A stretch of 64,000 bases of DNA from Octopus vulgaris (GCA_951406725.2 OX597824.1:54932001-54996000), one strand, 5' to 3'. Counted from the stretch's first letter, positions 1 through 12,570 are shown. A program made the numbers and translations. Notes: generated from the letters alone by a model not told the origin.

Positions 1-222
1 ATTTACCATCAATTTTTCCCATTTTTAATCCATTTTTGACATATATAAGGGAAGTAACTCTCTAAAATTTATTATTAAATCTCAGAACGTAAAAAGCTAC
101 AGTAACACCCCTCCCCCTTTGTGGTTAGCCATATTGAGATGGCTATTATACTTTACATCTCTAAAAATGCTTATATAATTATTTCCCTTACAAACCCGAG
201 CAACGCCGGGCGATACTGCTAG
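1..222 (+). mobile_element. 3' end of non-autonomous Helitron
   Basis: Subterminal hairpin cccgagcaacgccggg (195-210), then cgatactgCTAG|T at 219-223; same terminus as the element ending at 2798. Confidence 0.8.
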
Positions 223-1625
<1,403 letters not shown>

Positions 1626-1626
<1 letters not shown>

Positions 1627-2798
1627 CTCTTATTATAAAAGGCAGATTTTAGCTGCCTCCCTTTGGGAGTTATAGAAATCTACAATATAGGATTTCTTCA
1701 ATTACAATTTACCTAGCAGTTTTAGGAGTACAATGCATCGCGTCATGCCAGGTCCAGTTTTTAAAATTTAAACTCCAATTAAGCAAAATTTACAGAAAAC
1801 TCACATTCTGGTGTGTGTGTCAAATGCTTTTCTTAGTCTGGTTTACACTACACGCAAACGCACACACACAGTGGGCAACGAATAAAATGAAAGTAAATGT
1901 AATATTTGTTTCTGTCTATCACGCTGATAGATACATGAGTAAAATGTATGGGAAGCTAACAGATAACAGTGAGTGAAAATGTTCTTGGAAGAGAGTAAAT
2001 TAGCGACAGTGATTTGAGGAAGACTAAACTGAAACTATGAAACAGTGTTTATGTATAGACAGACGACACTTATAAAACCCTTTCGTTACCAAACCGCCCG
2101 AATTTACCTATTCATATTTAAATGAGAATATCAGAGTAAATCTCTTTAGTACATTCGTGAAAACACGTATTATACTTCGTAAACACTTCAAATACAGTTT
2201 TGTACAAAAATCGAAGTGTAATTTTAATTCCGTGAATTATGGGAGATTTTTTTCCGAAATTTGTTCCTGTTGTGTTTTCAAAATTTGTAATTCTGACAAA
2301 AAATGGATACGAATTTCATTATATCAAGCAGCAAGTCAGAATTCGAAGGATTTTCTACTGAAGACCTTCATAAATCTAACTCTATGACTGAAAAAAAAAA
2401 GCATCTTTATATAAGAGTGAAGTTGTGTGTCTGTCCCCTTCGATTTACATTCGTAATTACTCCCACATTTTGCGGTGCAGTTTAACCAAAAGCGGGTATC
2501 TTATAGTCGTGATTCATATCGAGCCCTTCTGGGTATTAGCGCGCGTCTACGATGAGTCTACGATTTAAAAAAAATTTACCATCATATTTTTCCATTTTAA
2601 TGCATTTTTTTCGCTTTTATATAAGGGAAGTAACTCTCTAAAAATATCTACGATGTGTCAACGATTTAAAGAAAATTTACCTTAATTTTTTTTTAATTTT
2701 TAATGCATTTTTTTTGCTATTTTTTGGCTATAACTCTCTAAAAATGCTTATATAGTTATTTCCCTTACAACCCGAGCAACGCCGGGCGATACTGCTAG
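1626..2798 (+). mobile_element. Composite non-autonomous Helitron (two TC 5' ends, one CTAG 3' end)
   Basis: A|TCtcttattataaaaggcaga at 1626; second A|TCtttatataagag at 2404; hairpin 2771-2786 and CTAG|T at 2795-2799. Confidence 0.75.
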
Positions 2799-3182
2799 TG
2801 TATGAATATAACACGTGCGTTTGTGTATGTGTATGAGTGTGCATGTGTGTGGGTGTGCGTGTGTGAGTGTTTGTGTTCGTATCAGTGGAAAAAAGATAGA
2901 AAGGAAGGGAGAAGGGCAATAAATGGTGTCTTTAGGCCGACCAGGCTTGCTCCCTTGGGAGAGCTGGCCTGGTGAGTCGAGGTCAAAATAAAAATAAAGA
3001 TAAGATAAAATTAAAATTAGGGAAGAAACGTGTGTGTATGTGTGTGCATGTATATGCATATGTATGTGTATGTATATATGTGTGTATATATATATATATA
3101 TGTGTGTGTATATATATATATATATGTATAAGTGTGGGTATGTATGTGTGTATGTATATATATGTGTATGTATATATGTATG

Positions 3183-3228
<46 letters not shown>

Positions 3229-3426
3229 TATGTGAGCGTGTGAGTATGGGGGTGTATATCCTCCTTTATATTTGTTTTTGTGTTTATATTTACATTTATA
3301 TTTTCTTATATATGTGTGTAGAGATATGAGTGTATGTATGAGTATGGATATGGGCGGGTACGTAGATGTATGTAAATGGGTGCATATGTACATGTGTATA
3401 TGGATGTATGTGTGTATGTGTACGTA

Positions 3427-3513
<87 letters not shown>

Positions 3514-3820
3514 GTATGTGTGTGTGTATGTGTATATATATACATGTGTGTGTATGTGTATATATATATATATAAGTGAGAGTCTCCTTATTTACCTAAA
3601 ACTCTGTTATTCTATTTATTCTTTTATCTACTTTATCACTGATTCCTTTCCCCTAAGAATGATAGTTTGCGCCATGTCTACCCCCAAAAAGTCCCCCCAC
3701 CACCACCCCTTTAAACCTGCCTAAATGTATAAATGCCAAAACTATTCTTGTCACCTAGCTTCCTGATGATTTCTTTTGAATGAAACAGTTCTAGTCCTGT
3801 AGAAGCTCCTTCTATAAAAT

Positions 3821-3826
<6 letters not shown>
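2799..3826 (+). mobile_element. Non-coding, microsatellite-bodied element ending in a hammerhead (non-autonomous PLE/retrozyme-like), copy A
   Basis: Unique segments 2800-3030 and 3574-3826 are reverse-complement homologs of about 62930-63145 and 62320-62585; terminal HHR; no real ORF. Confidence 0.7.
3757..3807 (+). ncRNA. Type I hammerhead ribozyme
   Basis: agcttc-CTGATGA-tttc tttt gaat-GAAA-cag ttctagtc ctg-TA-gaagct: canonical core, 6-bp stem I, predicted cleavage after 3801. Confidence 0.85.
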
Positions 3827-3886
<60 letters not shown>

Positions 3887-4045
3887 AATATATATATATA
3901 TATTATTTTATTTTATAGAAGGAGCTTCTACACCAAACGGTATATACAGGTGCTTACAATTATCAAGTACTCACCCCGAATTTATATATATATATATATA
4001 TATATATTTACTTCATAAATTGAAACTGATTTGAAAATCGGAAAA

Positions 4046-4089
4046 CCACCTGACGAATGTCATTTGAAGACATGAAACGATTGTAGTGG
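4046..4089 (+). ncRNA. Minimal type I hammerhead ribozyme
   Basis: ccac-CTGACGA-atgtc atttgaa gacat-GAAA-cgattg-TA-gtgg; very short stem III typical of PLE-associated HHRs. Confidence 0.85.
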
Positions 4090-4320
4090 CGGTTTATTTA
4101 ATTTATATAAAAATTTTATGTATTGATTAAGTCTTTCCTTGTTTGTTTTGCAAAATAGTGGTTTTGTCTCGAATTAATATTATATATATATATATATAAT
4201 ATTATATATATATATATATAATATTAATTCGAGACAAAACCACTATTTTGCAAAACAAACAAGGAAAGACTTAATCAATACATAAAATTTTAATATAAAT
4301 TAAATAAACCGCCACTACAA
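4081..4320. repeat. Inverted repeat of a pseudo-LTR tail around a (TA)n spacer
   Basis: 4081-~4180 is the near-perfect reverse complement of ~4221-4320. Confidence 0.9.
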
Positions 4321-4348
4321 TATATATATTGTGTGTGTGTGTGTGTGT

Positions 4349-4610
4349 GGAGGCGCAATAGCCCAGTGGTTAGGGCAGCGGACTCGCAGTCGTTGGATCG
4401 TGGTTTCGATTCCCAGACCGGGTGTTGTGAGTGTTTATTGAGCGAAAACACCTAAAAGCTCCACGAGGCTGGGGGTGGTGGCGGTACCTGCTGTACTCTT
4501 TCGCTACAACTTTCTCTCACCCTTTCTTCTGTTGGCCTGCTCGCTTAGCCAAGCGGGGTGGCGTCATTCGAAGGCTAAAACGATGCGAAAGCATTGTGAC
4601 CAGCGAAGTA
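4349..4610 (+). mobile_element. tRNA-derived SINE (truncated)
   Basis: ggaggcgcaatagcccagtggttaggg (A box) and ggtttcgattccc (B box); homologous to 38891-39281. Confidence 0.85.
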
Positions 4611-4621
4611 TATAAGTGGAA

Positions 4622-4683
<62 letters not shown>

Positions 4684-4738
4684 TGGTGCGTTAAGAAAAG
4701 AAAGAGACCTCAATATTATGTAAATAGTGGAAATTTAA

Positions 4739-4831
4739 CTGTAAAATAATATGTGACGATTATTCAATAGCCAAGATAACACTCAAAGTTTTATTTTGGC
4801 TATTGAATAATTGTCTCATAATATTTTACAG
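4739..4831. repeat. Imperfect palindrome (MITE-like or inverted pseudo-LTR fragment)
   Basis: ctgtaaaata...attattcaatagccaa pairs with ttggctattgaataat...tattttacag. Confidence 0.7.
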
Positions 4832-4962
4832 GTATATGTATATATATATATATACACATATATATACATATATATATACATATATATACATATATATATA
4901 TACATATATGTACATATATATATATACATATATGTACATATATATAGACATATATATAGACA

Positions 4963-5009
<47 letters not shown>

Positions 5010-5055
5010 AAACAAGTCAAAAATAGAAAATGCTAAGATAATTTTATAGTGAATC

Positions 5056-5099
5056 TTTCAGTACCGGTTTCGGTCATTTTGAGACCTTTTCAACTGTAA
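5056..5099 (-). ncRNA. Hammerhead ribozyme, U3-A8 core variant
   Basis: Minus strand reads cag-TTGAAAA-ggtc tcaaaat gacc-GAAA-ccgg-TA-ctg; palindromic stem III. Confidence 0.75.
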
Positions 5100-5419
5100 C
5101 GATTAAATAATTAAATTTAGAAAAATTAGAAGAAAAGTTTTTTTAAAAGGAATATTTCTATAGTAGTGTTCAGATATAAGTGGCATTCTGCCTTTCTCTG
5201 ACTCCCTTGTTTGCACTTGTGTGTTCGAGGTCGTTGTGAGTTCTTGGTAGGGTAGGAGAAGCAGAAGGCTGATGTGGAGAGGGGTGGGGAAATCTGGGAA
5301 TGCCTTGATGGTCGTATTTTGAATGGTCAGTGGCGGACAGCAGTCGCAGTTCAATTCAGGAATTGTTTATGGAATTTGCGTAGGCGTTATACTGAAAGGC
5401 ATTAGTGACATGGTTAAGG

Positions 5420-5575
5420 AGTAGAAGGTGGAGAAGTAGAAGAAGAAGAAGAAGATGACGATATTGATGATGATGATGATGAAGAAGAAGGAGAAGGAGA
5501 AGATGATGGTGATGATGATGACGACGATGATGATGATAATGATGATGATGAAGAAGAAGAGGAAGAAGAAGAAAA
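5420..5575. repeat. (GAA)n/(GAT)n trinucleotide tract in the PLE 3' UTR
   Basis: Mixed gaa/gat runs. Confidence 0.9.
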
Positions 5576-5699
5576 AAACAGAGAAGGGAGAATATGAATG
5601 GGTGAAAGTATAGCTGTGATGGGGCTGATTAGTAATGGATTCTATGGAATGTAATATTTGTGTGTGTATATATTTCTTTTATTCTAAAGTTGAGGTATA

Positions 5700-8030
5700 T
5701 TAATTGTTTGTCGTAGACCCGTTAAGAAGTGGCCTGTATTTTGTAATAAAGAGATTTTCTTTACTTATTCGTTGTCTCGAGGTTGTATCGTCCCTAAATT
5801 GGTAGAGGGGGAAAATTCTGAAGTTTGGTGTTTTTTTGTTGGCGCAAGTATCTATGTGTTGGCTAAAAGCTATTTTTCTGTTTTGGGGAATTTTTATCTG
5901 GGATCTGTGCAGGGCCATTCGTTTACGCAAACCATTTTTTGTTTGGCCTATGTACTGCTCTTGACACCCGGAGCAGGTTAATGAGTATATTAGGTTCTCC
6001 GAAGCACATGTGAAGTTGCTTTTCACTGTAAACCGTTGTCCCTGTTTGAAGGAGAACTCTGATCCCTCAATTAGATAGTCGCATATCCCGCAATTGGGTC
6101 TTCCACATTTTTTTACTGTCGGCTTCAGTGTTGAAGAGTGAATTCGGGCTTGTGTTAGGAGACTTTTCATGGATCTAGGCTGTCTTTTGCTTTTTATGAT
6201 CGTGTGTGTTTGGAGGATTGTGTTCATTCTGTGGTCTTTTTTTAGGAGGGGTATGTTGTGGAGGATGTTGCCGAAGGCTTCGTTATTGAGAGGGTTGTGT
6301 GTGGAGATGTATGGTAAGGCTTTTGGTTGTAAGTTTTTCTTTGATTTGGGATGTCTCAGTTCCTTGATGTTAAGTTGAAGGGCACGTTGAATGCACTTGT
6401 CAATAAGTGAAGGTGGATAGTTCCTGGTGATAAGGGTATCTTTTAGTTCTTGTAGTCGTGTGTCTCTGGTGTTTGCGTTAGAGACTATAGTGCATATCCT
6501 TTTTGCTAGATTGAAGGGGATATTCATCCTGGTGTGTCTGGGGTGGCATGAATTGAATGGAAGATATTGCTTAGAGTCTGTAGGCTTATAGTATATGTCT
6601 GTTTCTATTATATTATTAGCTTTCTTAATGAGGATATCGAGGAAGGGGAGTTGTTGCTGGCTATATTCCATCGTGAATTGGATGTTTACGTCCAGTCCGT
6701 TTAAAATTTCCTGGAATTCTATGAGTTTTTCTATATTTTTATGCCAAAGAATGAAACAGTCATCTAGATATCTCTTCCAGTTGTTTTCTATGTAGATGGA
6801 GAAAGGGCTGCCATATCTTTCTAGAACCTTACGATACAGACTGATCTCTAGGTATCCTATGACTAGGTTGGCAAAGGAGGGGGCCATTCGTGTACCCATT
6901 GCAGTCCCCGATTTTTGTCGGTAGAAGTTGTCATTGAAGGCGAAGAAGTTATTTTCCAGGATGAATTTAACCCCTTCTATCACGAATTCTTTTTTGATGC
7001 GGTGTGGTAGTTCGTTGGCGTGATTCTCTAGCCAGAATTGGATTGCCTCTAGTCCTAGGTTGTGGGGGATATTGGAGTAGAGGTTGGCTACATCGAAGGA
7101 TACCAGTATGGTGTTTTTGTTTATAGTATTCGGTAGGTGATTGAGCATATCTAAGTCGTCCCTTATATAGCTTTTGACATGTTTGAGGAGTGGTTTTAAC
7201 AGGGTGTCTAAAAAGTTACTGAGGCGGTGGGTTTCTCATGCGGGACCTGCTATTATGGGTCTCAATTTGAGGTCATTAGGATTAGGGACTTTAATTATTT
7301 TGTCTGTAGCTATCTTGCATGCGTTGCTTATTTTTTCACTTTTGTGGATCTTAGGTATACCGTAGAATTGGCTAGTTTTACTTGTGAAATTGGTCATATA
7401 ATCATATTCTTTGTCGGTGAGCCCTGCTTTGTATGTGTTTAATATGAATTTTAGTTCCCTCATTATTTTTTGTTGACTGTAGTTTTGTGCCTTTTCATAG
7501 TATGTTGTGTCTTCCAGCAGGGAAAGTACCAAAGTTATGTAAAATGTCGTATCCATTAAGACAACAGCACTCCCTTTATCGGCCTCCTTGATTGTTATTG
7601 TTTTATCTTGTTTTAATTTGTTCAACTCAGCCCATTCTTTTTTGCTGAAGTTTGGTTTGTGTTTTTGTTTGTGCATATGTTGATATGGGTAATTAGATAT
7701 GTGGTCACAGAAATCATCAAGTGTTTTGTTCTTACCTTTCGAGGGGGTGTAGTTACTCCTATTTCTGGCTAACGATTCGTCCTCGTTGTATTTATCGTAT
7801 AGCTCTTCAGTAAGTCTTAATTTTCTGCAGAATTCTGCGATGTCTTCTTTCATTTCGTTGTAGTTGGGGTGTTATGGGGTGGGTGTAAACTTGAGTCCTT
7901 TGGAAAGTATGTTTATTTGGTTTGCTGTTAGTTCCTTGTGAGTTAGATTGATAATTTTTATTACTTTTGGTTCCTCCTGCTTGTTTGGTGCTATCTTGTG
8001 TCTCTGTGTTTGCGTATTGGGTCTAAAAAA
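5700..8030 (-). pseudogene. PLE RT-GIY-YIG reading frame with two in-frame stops
   Basis: ORFs 7236-7853 and 5700-7148 share a frame and are split by TGA at 7238-7236; TAA at about 7873; the frame continues upstream through LSKGLKFTPTP to about 8050. Confidence 0.85.
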
Positions 8031-8937
8031 TGAATGCGGTGGTTGGGACGGTAGCTATTATATAGTTGTTCTTTGTTGATGTGGGGTCTCCTGTTGTGAT
8101 TTATGGTGTGTGTTCTTGGAGCAGTATTGAGGAGAGCATCCCGATATCCCATATTCGGGTGTGGTGTTCTAGGAGGCCTTCGTTGGTAATCATTGTAAGT
8201 GGTGTGGGTTTGTTGTGCATGGTTGTTTAACCGGTTGATGGGACGGAGATTTCGTTGGTAACTCTTTTGGGTGGGGATAAGGTTGCAGTGTCTATGCTGT
8301 GGGTGTTGATTTATCCTTTCTCTGCTTGAAGTGGGGGTATTCCTGATATTGTAACGCTGGCTGCTTACAGAGTTAGGGTTAGGTCCTGTATTCTTTTAGA
8401 CAGGTGTGTATCGGTGTTTGGGTGTTGTTTTGGTTTTCTTATTTTCTGGAAAGGGTTGTTGGAGGCGTGCTCTGTTTGAAAGACGGCTTCATAGTCTGAG
8501 AACCAAATGGCGCTTTTCTCCCAGCGTTGGAGAGATTTTAGTTCTTCTTTTTCACAGTCCTCTTTCCATAGTTTGGAGAACTTCTCTTGATCTGGGCCTT
8601 GGGTCATTTTGCGAATTTCTTCGTTGATATCTTCATCGGTGGATTTTATTTTATCCTCATTCGTTTGAGCCCTCAATTTCAGAAGTTCTATTTCCATTTT
8701 CATTTTTTCCAGTGCCATTCTCTCCCTGAGGTGTCTTTGTGTTTCAGGTTCCTCTGTAATAGCTTTGAACTGGAATTTACGAGGGAGGATTAACGGGGTC
8801 CGGTTGAGCCATTTTTCGTATATATCCGCTTTGTTGTTGTTTTGGATCATCTTCCAAAAGGCGAACTTTCTATCTCTGAGTGATTTGTTCCATTTGTTCC
8901 TTTTCTTCTAATTTTTCTAAATTTAATTATTTAATCG

Positions 8938-8981
8938 TTACAGTTGAAAAGGTCTCAAAATGACCGAAACCGGTACTGAAA
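8938..8981 (+). ncRNA. Hammerhead ribozyme, U3-A8 variant (inverted pseudo-LTR copy)
   Basis: Identical to the 5056-5099 motif on the opposite strand. Confidence 0.75.
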
Positions 8982-9067
8982 GATTCACTATAAAATTATC
9001 TTAGCATTTTCTATTTTTGACTTGTTTTTTCATATATATCAACTCGTGTGTTCCTTTCCACCCTTAT

Positions 9068-9129
<62 letters not shown>

Positions 9130-9164
9130 GTGTGTGTACATATATATATACACATATATGTACG

Positions 9165-10017
9165 TAAAAGATAAGAATATTCTTCTTTCAGCCTCGTTTC
9201 ATCTACCTACTAATTGCACAGATCATTATTATTATTATTATTCTTTTCATTATTCTGTCTAGTTCAGTAACATGCCATTCATGTAAATATACTTTTCGTT
9301 TAGTCTTGTCTTCCTCTCGAAGATAACCTTATATTCATTGATTCTCTTAACTATTAATGTCTTATGACACAGCCGCTCCTCTATTGCCTAAAATTTCTCT
9401 TTCTCAGATTTTTCAAACCTTCCCTTTTGGTCTCATGATTAGCCACGATTAGCAGACCCTCTTCCTAGTTAGATGTCCACGTATTTCCTCAACCCAACAT
9501 ATTCATTGATTCATCCTTTAAAGTGTTATCACACAGGTGGCTGTGTGATAACACTTTAAAGGATGAATCAATGAATATGTATTCTCTAAAACTTTGTCTT
9601 AGATTGCCTGACGATCTCAGATTTTACTTTTTCAAGTCTATCTTAAATATTATCGATACTGCCGTCTCCTTTTAACTATGCCAGTCAGATCCCCTCAAAA
9701 TGTTTCCTCCTGCGTGTTTTCTTGTCCACTTCTCCCCCTCACTAACTAACCCTGTCTATGTCCCTATGTTTCTCTATGTCTCCCTCTTTCGATAACCACT
9801 TGCTTCGCCTAGACCTCCTCCCACCACCATCGCCCTTTTATAAACTAGCGAAAGCATAACGGGACTCCCACTCGCTTCCTAACCCCTACCGAAGAATAAC
9901 GGACTGCTCATGAACGGATAAAAGATAAGAATCTTTCTTTCAACCTCGCTTCTTCTACCTACTATCTTTGCACATATTATTCTTTCATTACTTTTTCATT
10001 ATTCTGTCTAGTTCAGT
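9165..10017 (+). mobile_element. Non-coding element bounded by ~100-bp direct repeats (possible non-autonomous PLE)
   Basis: aaaagataagaat...ttctgtctagttcagt at 9165-9267 and 9920-10017; internal perfect hairpin at 9497-9580. Confidence 0.45.
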
Positions 10018-10319
10018 GTGTGGGATGACGTCAGCAGCTGGGCGAGCTGACCGGAAGGGGGCAGCCGGGACGCGCGCGCAACGAGCGGGGATTTCGGCCT
10101 TTCGAACCAGGGTCGTCGTCGTCGTGTTAAGACGGGTGAAGACGTTGCTAAGGTTGGGTGAAGCAGCTGCTATCTCAAGCGTTCGGAGCGGGCTGTGTCG
10201 AAGAATCCGTTACCACTGAAGGGTCTCCATCAGAGAGAAGAGAAGGTAGGTGCCTTTATATTCGAATCTCTAGCACACACCACAAGCTATTTCGGCACTC
10301 CACATAAGTCGTCACCGCG

Positions 10320-11045
10320 ATGTCTGCGAAAATCAGGATCGCCAGCGACACCACCAGACCCTTCAATGGTGAAGGCGATGTAGTGGCCTGGATTCGTAAA
10401 ATCAGGCTGGTGGCAAGACTGCAAGTGGCAAGTCTTATGGCGCTGTATTTAGAAGGGAGCGCGTTAACGCTATACCTTGAGATGGAGGAGGAGGAACGCC
10501 TGAGCGAGGAAAAGATAGAGCAACAATTGCGGGATGCCTACACAGAATGTGAATACGCAGCTTTTCTAAGCTGGGTACGATCAGATGGACAGGTGGACGA
10601 GTACGCGTCAGAAGTTAGAAGGTTAGCGACGCTGGCTGGGTTTACGGGAGAAGGGCTGGAGAGAGCAGCGCGGCTGGCGTTTGTAAATGGGTTCCCCGAC
10701 GATGTAGGGATTCACCTACAACGCTTGCCCGGGATTAAAAAGATGGCGCTGAGCGAATTTGTGACTCAAGCCCGCGTGTTGATGCGACACTTTGGGCGGA
10801 AGGCGATAGCGATGGCGGTGACGGAGGTGCGTAAAGACGGACGACGACCGGAGAAAGACGTACAGAACCGGCCGTTCTCAGGTCGGTGTTTTAGATGTCA
10901 GGGGTCGCACATGGCGAGGGAGTGTACGCAACCGGGGCCCGTTTGCTATCGATGCAGGCAGACAGGGCACATCGCCCGTGATTGCGACCAGGGAAACGAC
11001 CGCGGGGAAGTTGCTGCCTCTCGAACTTTCCCCGCAAACGAGTAG
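10320..11045 (+). CDS. gag: Gypsy Gag (241 aa)
   Basis: CFRCQGSHMAREC and CYRCRQTGHIARDC zinc knuckles. Confidence 0.85.
   Translation: MSAKIRIASDTTRPFNGEGDVVAWIRKIRLVARLQVASLMALYLEGSALTLYLEMEEEERLSEEKIEQQLRDAYTECEYAAFLSWVRSDGQVDEYASEVRRLATLAGFTGEGLERAARLAFVNGFPDDVGIHLQRLPGIKKMALSEFVTQARVLMRHFGRKAIAMAVTEVRKDGRRPEKDVQNRPFSGRCFRCQGSHMARECTQPGPVCYRCRQTGHIARDCDQGNDRGEVAASRTFPANE
10991..11035 (+). promoter_or_regulatory. -1 ribosomal frameshift signal (gag-pol)
   Basis: G GGA AAC heptamer in the gag frame, followed by stem gcggggaagtt/aactttccccgc; the protease ORF is in the -1 frame. Confidence 0.8.
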
Positions 11046-12570
11046 ATGCGCTATTGGAGACGCTGCCATTAATTGACGTGGAGGCCGAGGGGAAGACGTT
11101 CAAGGCCCTCGTGGATACGGGCTGTACGACCACCCTTGTGACTTCAAGGGTGACGAAGGAATGAAACGGGGCAAGTAGCGTCCGGGCGGTCGACGGCAGC
11201 GAAATCTGTTGCAGAGGCAGCAGCAAGGTAGAGATAGTGGTGCGCGGCGCGACGCTAAGACTGCAGATAATTGTGGCTGAACGCGTGATAGATGGGGTTG
11301 ATGTGGTGATGGGGATGGACGCCATCAACAGTCTCGGTGGCGTCGGTGTTGTGGGAAATGAGGTCACGTTCGGAAGCGTGGGGGCGTCGTGCACTGCGAG
11401 TCAGGATCGCCAGAGAGAGCAGAGCCCCGCGAGGGACTGCGCCGCTTACACCATCGAGGACAAAGACTTTCAGGCGGTGTTTGATGGTCAACGGTGGACG
11501 ATAGAGTAGCGATGGAAGGACGAGCCCCCGACGCTGGAAAACAGGGTGAGCTGCTACCAGCATACCCTGAAAGGCCACACCAGGGTTGAGTTTGAAGACG
11601 AGGTGGAGAGGTGGATCGAGGAAGGGGTCCTTGTCCCTTGGAAGAAAGAGGTAGCGGGCGGAGTGCTACCCCTGATGGCGGTGGTGCAGCCTACGAAGGG
11701 AAAAGTCAGACCGGTGCTGGACTTCAGGGAGTTAAACCAGCATATATCGTGTCACACGGGAAGTGAGGCGACGGACGTTTGTGGCGAGACGTTACGTGCG
11801 TGGAGACAGTCGACCAAGGCAGCAACGATTGTCGACTTGAAATCGGCATACTTGCAGCTCCATGTGAGCGACAAACTGTGGCGATATCAGCTGGTCCGGT
11901 ACAAAGGCGGACGTACTGTTTAACCAGGCTGGGTTTCGGGCTGAATTCCACTCCGAAGATCATGGCGGCAGTGCTTAAGTCCGTCCGAGGGAAAGACGGC
12001 AAGATTAGAAAGGCCACCAGCTCCTACATTGACGACATTTTGGTGGATGAAACTGTAGTGCCAGCCAACGAGGTAGTTAGACATCTGGAGAAGTTCGGAC
12101 TGATTGCGAAGCCACCGGAGTCAATGGAAGGGGGAGCCGCGCTGGAGCTGAAGCTGCGAAGAGATAGATCGGGTGAATTGGTGTTCCGGAGAGGGAATGA
12201 AAACCCAGATCTGAGTTCCAGCGTCAGCAGGAGAGAGCTATTCTCGGTGTGTGGGAAGTTGGTCGGTCCCTACCTGATCGCTGGATGGCTGCGCACGGCG
12301 TGTAGTTACACCAAGAGACGAGCAGAGGGGGAGAGTTGGGGCGACAAGGTGGGAGAAGGGACGGTGGCGATGATGCAGGAAATCCTAGAGAGGACGAGAG
12401 CGGAAGACCCAGTCAGGGTGAACTGGTACGTGCCCAAGACGGAATGCGGGACCGTCTGGTGTGATGCTAGCAGTATAGCGATAGAGGTTGTGTTGGCGAT
12501 CGAAGGCGCTGAGGTGGAGGACGCGGCCTGGCTTTTTTAAGCAGATGACTTTAACCACATCATTGTCGCC

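Larger units (their letters stand above)
5003..9038 (-). mobile_element. Penelope-like retroelement (Neptune-type), 5'-truncated, with inverted pseudo-LTR
   Basis: RT motifs (GTAMGTRMAPSFANL, RYLDDCFILW), CGRPNCGIC linker and GIY-YIG (NLIYSLTC...YIGQT); 5003-5137 is repeated in inverted orientation at 8900-9038. Confidence 0.93.
10019..12570 (+). mobile_element. Ty3/Gypsy LTR retrotransposon, 5' half (LTR, gag, protease, RT, partial RNase H)
   Basis: LTR TGTGG(10019)...CCACA(10304); gag with two zinc knuckles; ALVDTG protease; VDLKSAYLQL and YIDD RT motifs; WCDAS RNase H; stops and frameshifts in pol; no integrase or 3' LTR. Confidence 0.9.

Noticed and set aside
4349-4425. tRNA gene (also at 38894)
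   Set aside because: tRNA-like head continues into a SINE body; the second copy has a TSD.
10305-10319. Gypsy primer-binding site or self-priming signal
   Set aside because: No TGG-starting tRNA complement and no convincing match to the LTR could be established by eye.
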